Source: an uncultured archaeon (GTDB taxonomy: Archaea > Asgardarchaeota > Thorarchaeia > Thorarchaeales > Thorarchaeaceae). Taken from it: DNA of 22,445 bases. A program made the position numbers and the translations under genes. The stretch is taken from positions 5,909 through 28,353 of the forward strand of contig CAZSWP010000028.1 of assembly GCA_964610875.1 (NCBI GenBank), in the 5' to 3' direction. Positions 15,578 through 22,445 of the stretch are shown here, in pieces; the stretch's first letter is position 1; every line of letters starts with the position of its first letter. The notes below the pieces were generated by a model, which was not told the DNA's origin, ran no database searches, and saw only the letters and a list, made by a program, of their open reading frames with translations.

Positions 15578-15628
15578 ATGACAAGGCGGGGATGCCTTTA
15601 TTGTAGGCGGGATTGCCATTGGCAATAA
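15578..15628 (+). CDS. Putative trp leader peptide (16 aa)
   Basis: MTRRGCLYCRRDCHWQ*; GGTGA SD at 15568-15572; about 33 nt downstream of the TATA box; Trp is the penultimate codon. Confidence 0.5.
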   Translation: MTRRGCLYCRRDCHWQ

Positions 15629-15674
15629 CGATGAAGAAATTCGGACACTAGGTGTTCATACTAATTTTGAAGGA

Positions 15675-17006
15675 GTCAAACTCAGAAAACTAAGTATATC
15701 AAATTTTGACCCTCTCACTGCGTATATTTCACTAAAGGAGATATATCCAGGAGATAGTTTTCTCCTTGAATCAATGGAGGGGCCAAAAAAGACAGCCCGA
15801 TTTTCATTCATGGGCTTCAAACCAATTCTAACATTCTCCTCAAAACATGAGGATATCATGATTAACGATGAACGATTGAAATCGAGTAATCCATACGATT
15901 GTTTACGTCGTGTTTTCAACCATCTCGGTTCATCATTTGAACATAACCTACCGTTCACTGGAGGATTAGTAGGCTATATTTCATATGACATGGTTAGATT
16001 TTTTGAACGGATTCCAGCTGAATCAAAAGACGATTTGGATTATCCAGATTCCTATTTCATTCTTCCTTCTGTCATTGTATGTTATGATCATCTCGAAAAA
16101 GAAGTATATAGTATTTCTCGAGAGAAAGATTTGGAGAACAGTATAGAAACAGAACAACACTTTGGAGAACTGTCAATAGGAAAAGCAAAACAAAACATGA
16201 CACAGGAGTATTTTGAAGAGAGTGTAAGAAAAGCTAAGGAATACATCCTTGATGGTGATATTTTCCAAGTCGTTCTTTCAAGAAGGAGTCATCTCTTATA
16301 CAAAGGCGATAAGTTGAGAATTTACCAAACCCTGAGAAATATCAATCCATCACCATACATGTTCTTCCTTGATTTCGAAGATCATAGTTTGATTGGTTCC
16401 TCTCCTGAGATGTTAGTACAATTACGAGGGAGAGAACTAACTACCAAACCAATCGCGGGAACTAGACCAAGGTCCCCTGATCCAGAAGAAGACGAGAAAC
16501 TCAAAGTGGAGATGTTTCTCGACCCAAAAGAAAGAGCCGAGCATGTAATGCTTGTCGATTTGCATAGAAATGACTTGGGAAGAGTATCAGAGTATGGAAC
16601 TGTAAAGGTAGACCAATTTATGGATGTTGAGAAATTCTCACATGTTCAACATATCGTTTCCAGAGTACGAGGAATAATTCGACCCAAGTACTCTGGTTTT
16701 GATGCACTCAAAGCATCATTTCCTGCAGGAACGGTTTCTGGGGCACCTAAAATAAGAGCTATGGAGATTATTGATGAATTAGAACCAACTCAAAGAGGAC
16801 CTTATGCAGGCGTTGTAGGTTATTTTGATCTTAATGGTAACATTGACTTTGCAATAACCATTCGTTCAATATTCACAAAATGTAACTCACTGTATATCCA
16901 AGCAGGCGCAGGTATTGTCGCAGATTCTAACCCAGAAAGAGAATTTTTCGAAACAGAACATAAAATGGAGGCAATGGTCCACGCTCTTGGAGGTGTTGAA
17001 AATTGA
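15675..17006 (+). CDS. trpE: Anthranilate synthase component I (start uncertain; homology extends upstream of ATG 15774)
   Basis: In-frame upstream VKLRKLSISNFDPLTAYISLKEIYPGDSFLLES, then ARFSF, GGLVGYISYD, GDIFQVVLS, NPSPYMF, KPIAGTRPR, EHVMLVDLHRND, FPAGTVSGAPK. Confidence 0.92.
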   Translation, partial: VKLRKLSISNFDPLTAYISLKEIYPGDSFLLESMEGPKKTARFSFMGFKPILTFSSKHEDIMINDERLKSSNPYDCLRRVFNHLGSSFEHNLPFTGGLVGYISYDMVRFFERIPAESKDDLDYPDSYFILPSVIVCYDHLEKEVYSISREKDLENSIETEQHFGELSIGKAKQNMTQEYFEESVRKAKEYILDGDIFQVVLSRRSHLLYKGDKLRIYQTLRNINPSPYMFFLDFEDHSLIGSSPEMLVQLRGRELTTKPIAGTRPRSPDPEEDEKLKVEMFLDPKERAEHVMLVDLHRNDLGRVSEYGTVKVDQFMDVEKFSHVQHIVSRVRGIIRPKYSGFDALKASFPAGTVSGAPKIRAMEIIDELEPTQRGPYAGVVGYFDLNGNIDFAITIRSIFTKCNSLYIQAGAGIVADSNPEREFFETEHKMEAMVHALGGVEN

Positions 17007-17563
17007 GCAATGCATTGATTGTAGATAACTACGATTCATTTGTGTACAACATTGCTCAATACATTGGTGAACTTGGTGCCTCTGTTTCAGTTGTTCGTAA
17101 TGATACCGCAATTAAACAAGCACTTCTTGCCAGTCCAGAACGGATAATATTGTCACCCGGACCAGGTCATCCAAGAGACTCAGGACTGTCATTGGATCTT
17201 ATTGAGACAGCAAAAGTTCCAATCCTTGGTATTTGTTTAGGTCATCAAGCAATTGGGTATAGCTTTGGAGCAAAGATCGTTAGAGGGAAAAAGCCAATCC
17301 ACGGAAAAACATCTGCCATTATTCATAAACAACAAGGAATCTTCGCAGGATTAGAGTCGCCTATTAATGCCACACGATATCATTCACTTGTGATTGACGC
17401 AGATACAATTCCTAGCGATATGTATGTCTTAGCTAGAACATATGATGGAACGATTATGGCAATACAGCATCAGAAACGTCCCATAGTGGGGGTACAGTTT
17501 CATCCTGAGTCAATACTAACTCAGGGTGGAAAACGTATGCTGAGGAATTTCATGGAGATGTAG
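17003..17563 (+). CDS. trpG: Anthranilate synthase component II (glutamine amidotransferase)
   Basis: VDNYDSFVYN, LSPGPG, LGICLGHQ, RYHSL, VQFHPES. Confidence 0.95.
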   Translation: MSNALIVDNYDSFVYNIAQYIGELGASVSVVRNDTAIKQALLASPERIILSPGPGHPRDSGLSLDLIETAKVPILGICLGHQAIGYSFGAKIVRGKKPIHGKTSAIIHKQQGIFAGLESPINATRYHSLVIDADTIPSDMYVLARTYDGTIMAIQHQKRPIVGVQFHPESILTQGGKRMLRNFMEM

Positions 17564-17566
17564 TCA

Positions 17567-18658
17567 ATGACCAGCACATGTTTCACTGTATCATCACAAA
17601 GTAGAACATACGACGTTATAATCTGCACAGATTTCAAAAAGCATCTGTCAAAGAGAATAGAGAAAGAATCTAACCGTGTATTCATCGTAACGGATTCAAT
17701 TCTCAAAGAACTCCATCTCGAAACAGTAACACAATATTTGATTGATAATGGAATAACTGTCTTTCATCACATAATTCCTCCGGGCGAGACCTCTAAGTCT
17801 TTGGAAATAGTTGAGGAAATCTATCGTTTTCTCATTAAACACAATGCAACTCGATTCGACATGATCATTGCTTTTGGTGGAGGAGTTATTGGTGATGTAA
17901 CCGGATTTGTTGCATCGACTTTCAAAAGAGGAATGAATTTCATTCAGATCCCTACCACCCTACTTGCTCAAGTAGATTCATGTCTTGGTGGAAAAAACGG
18001 GGTTAATCTTTATGAAGGAAAGAATCTTGTAGGAACATTCTACCAACCGATTTTTGTACTTGTAGATATCTCACTTCTAAATACATTAGGAGAACGCGAT
18101 TTCAAATCAGGGCTTTCCGAAGTTGTGAAATATGCCGTTACTATGGACCAAAATCTGTTTGAGTTTCTTTATGAAAACCACGAAGATATTCTCGCAAGAA
18201 ACTCGGGAGTTTTATTTCATATTGTACAAAGGTCGCTTGAAAACAAAGCCAGGATAATTGAACTTGATGAACAGGAGCAGTTCGGAATAAGAGAGATTCT
18301 AAATTTTGGCCACACAATAGGGCATGCTATTGAAACATGTGAATCTCACAGAATAACCCATGGTGAGGCAGTAGCTTTGGGAATGATTTCCGAAACAAAA
18401 GCAGCTGTTTCAATGGGTATTGGAAATAAGCAATGCATAAAGAAACTCGTAGACTTGCTTACTTTTTTTGGTATTGCAGGGAAAATCAAAGAAACTGTAG
18501 ATATTGAACAACTTGTTTCTATTATTTCCCATGATAAGAAAATCCAAGGCAACGTACTGAATATGCCAGTTTTAACAGAAATTGGGCGTGTAGAGATGAT
18601 AAGAATAGACCACACACGCTTCTTCTTAGAAACACTCAGGAGGGAGATCTCTTGTTAG
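17567..18658 (+). CDS. aroB: 3-dehydroquinate synthase
   Basis: GETSKS, GGGVIGD, IPTTLLAQVDS, GGKNGVN, KNLVGTFYQP, LNFGHTIGHAIE, HGEAVALG. Confidence 0.95.
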   Translation: MTSTCFTVSSQSRTYDVIICTDFKKHLSKRIEKESNRVFIVTDSILKELHLETVTQYLIDNGITVFHHIIPPGETSKSLEIVEEIYRFLIKHNATRFDMIIAFGGGVIGDVTGFVASTFKRGMNFIQIPTTLLAQVDSCLGGKNGVNLYEGKNLVGTFYQPIFVLVDISLLNTLGERDFKSGLSEVVKYAVTMDQNLFEFLYENHEDILARNSGVLFHIVQRSLENKARIIELDEQEQFGIREILNFGHTIGHAIETCESHRITHGEAVALGMISETKAAVSMGIGNKQCIKKLVDLLTFFGIAGKIKETVDIEQLVSIISHDKKIQGNVLNMPVLTEIGRVEMIRIDHTRFFLETLRREISC

Positions 18659-19677
18659 TAGTGATGAATAAAAATGCAACAAATGAACAGGTAGAAAATG
18701 TAGTAGAAGCTATTATAAAAATGGGACTTGTGCCACATCCAATTCCAGGAAAACAAAGAGTAGCGATAGGAATTACCGGAAACACAAGGAGAGTAGAGGC
18801 AACCAGGATCCAAGCACTTGATGGTGTAATGGAAGTCATTCATGTGACTAAGCCATATAAACTGACAAGCTTGGAAATGAAACCAGAACGCACCATAATA
18901 GAAGTTGGTGGGATTGAAGTTGGTGGTAGTACACCTGTAATTATCGCAGGACCATGCTCTGTGGAGTCATACGATCAACTTCTATCGACTGCAACAATAG
19001 TTCAAGACTTAGGTGCAGATATTCTTCGGGGAGGAGCATACAAACCGAGAAGTTCACCATATTCATTCCAAGGTTTAGGTTTGAAAGGTCTAAAGATACT
19101 TGCTGAAGCAAGAGAGAAAACTGGTTTACCTGTTGTATCTGAAGTTCTGAGTACTGATACATTCCATCTTGTGGAGAGATTTGTGGATATCATTCAAATA
19201 GGAGCAAGAAATATGCAAAATTTTGAGCTCCTGAAAAGAGCAGGTCGTTCTAACAAACCCATCTTTCTAAAAAGAGGGATGTCTGCTACAATAAATGAGC
19301 TATTACTAGCTGCAGAATATATCATGGCTGAAGGTAACTATAATGTCATGTTATGCGAGAGGGGAATTAGAACTTTCAGCGAGCATACTAGATTCACTTT
19401 GGATCTTAGTAGTATCCCTGAATTAAGAGAGCTTACTCATCTTCCATTGTTGGTTGATCCAAGTCATGCAGCTGGCAAAAGGAAAATGGTGATGCCGTTA
19501 GCACGCGCTGGAATGGCAGTTGGTGCTGATGGCCTCATGATTGAAGTTCATCCAAATCCTGCAGAAGCCCTTTCTGATGGCCCTCAATCCTTGACTCCTG
19601 AGATGTTTGGTCAGTTGATGTCAGAAATTAGGAGAATTCCTTTGATATCAAAAGAAATTGTAATGGAGGTGTTTTGA
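18652..19677 (+). CDS. aroF: DAHP synthase, class I-beta with N-terminal regulatory domain
   Basis: IAGPCSVES, LRGGAYKPRSSPYSFQG, QIGARNMQNF, LCERGIRTF, VDPSHA, GLMIEVHP, SDGPQS. Confidence 0.93.
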   Translation: MLVVMNKNATNEQVENVVEAIIKMGLVPHPIPGKQRVAIGITGNTRRVEATRIQALDGVMEVIHVTKPYKLTSLEMKPERTIIEVGGIEVGGSTPVIIAGPCSVESYDQLLSTATIVQDLGADILRGGAYKPRSSPYSFQGLGLKGLKILAEAREKTGLPVVSEVLSTDTFHLVERFVDIIQIGARNMQNFELLKRAGRSNKPIFLKRGMSATINELLLAAEYIMAEGNYNVMLCERGIRTFSEHTRFTLDLSSIPELRELTHLPLLVDPSHAAGKRKMVMPLARAGMAVGADGLMIEVHPNPAEALSDGPQSLTPEMFGQLMSEIRRIPLISKEIVMEVF

Positions 19678-20700
19678 TTGATACGTGAATCAATATTGAA
19701 ACTAGTGGACAGCATTGATCTCTCTGAAGATGAAGCATATAACGCAATGACAAACATCATGACAGGGAAAACCACTGATACCTTGATAGCGAGCTTTCTA
19801 ACAGCGCTGAGGATGAAGGGGGAAACAACAGATGAAATCTATGCATTTGCTAAGACTATGAGAGATTTTTCTGTTCGTATCAATGCACCTCAACATGCAA
19901 TTGATACATGTGGCACCGGAGGAGATGACAAAAATACCTTCAACATTTCAACAGCAGCCGCATTTGTGATTGCAGGCGCGGGAATTCCCATCGCAAAGCA
20001 TGGAAATCGTAGCGTATCTAGTAAATGTGGCTCAGCAGATATTCTAGATGAACTAGGTGTTTCCATCTCACTTACTCCCTATGCGGTTGAAAAATGCCTA
20101 GAGGATGTGGGAATCGGATTTCTTTTTGCCCCAGTTTTCCATAAAGCCATGAAGTATGCCATTGGCCCACGTAGAGACCTCGGAATGAGAACGGTGTTTA
20201 ACCTCCTAGGTCCATTGACTAATCCTGCAAATGTGGATTATCAACTGGTCGGAGTTTTTGATCCGGAACTGACTCTAACATTTGCCAAAGTCCTCCAAAG
20301 GCTTGGTTTGAAACATGCTCTTGTTGTACATGGTTCAGGACTTGATGAAATAACCACAACAGGTGAAACGAAAATTACTGAGTTGAAAGACGACAAGATA
20401 ATCAACTATTATGTTGAACCAGAGCAATTTGGTATTCCAAAAACACGTCTATCGGATATTCAAGGAGGATCCCCAAAGAGAAATGCATCTATTTTGGATG
20501 ATGTTCTTGAGGGGAAGGAAACTCCATACTTGGATGTTGTTCTTCTAAATGCAGCAGCTGGTTTGTACACTGCTGATTCCGTGAGTAGTATTACTGAAGG
20601 AATAGAACTTGCCAGAGATTCAGTCTTAGAAGGAAAGGCATGGAGAAAATTGGAATCACTGAGAAATCTAACACAGGAATTGAGTAGTGATAACATATGA
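19678..20700 (+). CDS. trpD: Anthranilate phosphoribosyltransferase
   Basis: LRMKGET, DTCGTGGD, FNISTA, KHGNRSVSSKCGSAD, RTVFNLLGPLTNP, GLDE. Confidence 0.96.
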   Translation: MIRESILKLVDSIDLSEDEAYNAMTNIMTGKTTDTLIASFLTALRMKGETTDEIYAFAKTMRDFSVRINAPQHAIDTCGTGGDDKNTFNISTAAAFVIAGAGIPIAKHGNRSVSSKCGSADILDELGVSISLTPYAVEKCLEDVGIGFLFAPVFHKAMKYAIGPRRDLGMRTVFNLLGPLTNPANVDYQLVGVFDPELTLTFAKVLQRLGLKHALVVHGSGLDEITTTGETKITELKDDKIINYYVEPEQFGIPKTRLSDIQGGSPKRNASILDDVLEGKETPYLDVVLLNAAAGLYTADSVSSITEGIELARDSVLEGKAWRKLESLRNLTQELSSDNI

Positions 20701-21506
20701 GTAATATAATGAAAATATTGGGAGAAGTAGTTGGCTCCATCACTGAGAAGAAAATTGAAACAAGAAACCCATCAAGAAATCTATCCAAAATTCTCTATGA
20801 AGGTTGTAGAACAAGGGTCCATGTTATAGCAGAAATCAAGCCAAAGACTCCAAAGAAAGGTCATATTCAGGATAAAGACCTCAACTATGATACTATTACA
20901 CAAGCTTACAACCGCGGATTGGCTTCAGCAATATCAGTTCTTGTAGAGGAAGAATACTTTGGAGGTTCTTTCGACTTACTTCGAAATATTAGAGAAAAAA
21001 CAGACTTGCCTATTCTTGCAAAGGGATTTTTCCTTACTCTTACAGACATAGCAAGATGTGCTGCTGCAGGTGCTGATGCATATTTGCTGATGGTAAGAGT
21101 ACTCAATGCTGTGAATAGTGATTTAGAACAAATGATTTCTTTTGGCCGCAAGCTTGGATTGGAACCTGTTGTTGAAGTAGCATCAATAGATGAATTACAA
21201 TATGCAATCGATATGGATGCAAAAATAATAGCCGTCAATTCTAGAAACATATACAGTGATCTGTCTATAGACCTAACGAATATTTCAATCGCAAAGGAAT
21301 TGCCCATGGACATAGTTTTGATAGGAGCATCGGGAATTAATAGTACAGACGATATTCGAAAAGTGTGGGAGATTTCTGAATATAGAATTGATGCAGTTCT
21401 TGTTGGCACAAGTCTGATGAAATCATCAGATCCTGAGAAATCACTGAGGGGATTTGTGAAAACCGGATCTGAATTGGTGAGACTGAGGAGTGAACCCACC
21501 GCATGA
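20697..21506 (+). CDS. trpC: Indole-3-glycerol phosphate synthase (divergent)
   Basis: IAEIKPKTPKKG, AISVL...YFGGS, LPIL.K, GADA, VVEV, VNSRN, SGI, AVLVGTSLM; lies between trpD and trpF. Confidence 0.85.
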   Translation: MSNIMKILGEVVGSITEKKIETRNPSRNLSKILYEGCRTRVHVIAEIKPKTPKKGHIQDKDLNYDTITQAYNRGLASAISVLVEEEYFGGSFDLLRNIREKTDLPILAKGFFLTLTDIARCAAAGADAYLLMVRVLNAVNSDLEQMISFGRKLGLEPVVEVASIDELQYAIDMDAKIIAVNSRNIYSDLSIDLTNISIAKELPMDIVLIGASGINSTDDIRKVWEISEYRIDAVLVGTSLMKSSDPEKSLRGFVKTGSELVRLRSEPTA

Positions 21507-22162
21507 CAAGAGTACAGGTTTGTGGAGTCACAAGTGTTCATGATGCACTCATGTGTGAGTCAGCAGGTGTTGATGCCGTTGGATTGGTTTTGATTAAAGG
21601 AAGAAGTAGAAGCATAAATGCTGAGAAAGTTAAGGAGATTGTCAAACATCTGGGACCTCTTACAACGTCCGTTGCTATAGTTCACAATGAAGACATTGAT
21701 ACCATCAGCGACCTGGTTAACAAAACAGATGTCGATGCTCTTCAACTATATCTATCCAATGCATTAGACATTGAGAATCTCAAGGAGAACGGTAGCAAGA
21801 TAATTTCAGTGATATTGGTTGATTCAAGAACTGGAGAACTGGGCTATGGTCCTGAAACATTTCGAGAGATAGTAGAAGTGTCTGATTTAGTGGTATTTGA
21901 ACCTACTCGAAACGGGATATATGGGGGGATGGGTATAGAATATGATTATGAAGCATTGCTGCACGACTATTGTGGATTTTGTGACAGATTTTCAATAGCA
22001 GGTGGTCTAACCCCATATAATGTGGAAAAAGCACTCAAACTAAGACCCTACTCAGTTGATGTTTCATCCGGTGTCGAGTCATCAATAGGAAAGAAGGATC
22101 CAACCCTAGTACAGCAATTCATTCAAAAATGTAAGCAACAAGATAGGAGGAATAATTTGTGA
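21503..22162 (+). CDS. trpF: Phosphoribosylanthranilate isomerase
   Basis: [42 protein letters not shown]. Confidence 0.9.
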   Translation: MTRVQVCGVTSVHDALMCESAGVDAVGLVLIKGRSRSINAEKVKEIVKHLGPLTTSVAIVHNEDIDTISDLVNKTDVDALQLYLSNALDIENLKENGSKIISVILVDSRTGELGYGPETFREIVEVSDLVVFEPTRNGIYGGMGIEYDYEALLHDYCGFCDRFSIAGGLTPYNVEKALKLRPYSVDVSSGVESSIGKKDPTLVQQFIQKCKQQDRRNNL

Positions 22163-22445
22163 CCATGCATATGCATGGACCCTATTTTGGTGAGTTTGGA
22201 GGGAGATATGTTCCTGAAACACTCATGCCAGCACTTCAAGAACTAGAGCAAGCATATAGAAAGTTCTCAGCGGATAGAGAATTCCTTGCAGAATATGAAA
22301 AACTTCTTGGAGAATTAGTGGGAAGACCTACTCCATTGTATTTTGCAGAGCGACTTGGTCACACACATAACGATTCTAAAATATACTTGAAGAGAGAAGA
22401 CCTATGTCATCTTGGCTCACATAAAATAAACAATACAATTGGTCA
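22159..22445 (+). CDS. trpB: Tryptophan synthase beta chain, type 1 (3' partial)
   Basis: GTG 22159 overlaps the trpF stop; [18 protein letters not shown]...[13 protein letters not shown]...[18 protein letters not shown]. Confidence 0.95.
   Translation, partial: MTMHMHGPYFGEFGGRYVPETLMPALQELEQAYRKFSADREFLAEYEKLLGELVGRPTPLYFAERLGHTHNDSKIYLKREDLCHLGSHKINNTIG

Noticed and set aside
20906-21541. 211-aa antisense ORF over trpC
   Set aside because: Shadow of the trpC reading frame with no recognisable motifs.
1-22445. Mobile elements, tRNA or rRNA genes
   Set aside because: No transposase or integrase motifs, terminal repeats, cloverleaf or rRNA-like sequence recognised.

Overview
Archaeal DNA, most likely from an Asgard archaeon (inferred from the longin-like protein, crenarchaeal-type SSBs, GGTGA/GGAGG SD motifs, and a Sec-VhuU with a eukaryote-like SECIS). 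From left to right: the 3' end of corA, an acyl-CoA thioesterase, a DUF308/HdeD-like membrane protein, and a small membrane protein plus a longin-like protein. Next is a minus-strand heterodisulfide reductase cluster (hdrC-hdrB-hdrA'-hdrA''-mvhD-small wHTH), followed by a 50-aa selenoprotein missing from the ORF track (VhuU, in-frame UGA, SECIS overlapping its stop codon). Then come tsaA/trmO, a PAS-PAS kinase-like protein lacking the H-box His and fused to a CxxC thioredoxin-like domain, two tandem SSB paralogues with RGG/SYGG tails, and a frameshifted trpB2 remnant. The right part is a divergent aromatic amino acid biosynthesis block: (-) chorismate mutase-aminotransferase and prephenate dehydrogenase; (+) trpE-trpG-aroB-DAHP synthase-trpD-trpC-trpF-trpB. 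The most notable candidate novelty is the ~600-bp control region between the two arms. Tyr/Phe-rich leader ORFs and a terminator-like hairpin precede the Tyr branch, a Trp-containing leader ORF precedes the trp branch, and the conserved trpE N-terminus has no canonical start codon. Together these suggest ribosome-mediated attenuation or recoding control in an archaeon. All RNA structures were paired by eye and none is computationally validated.
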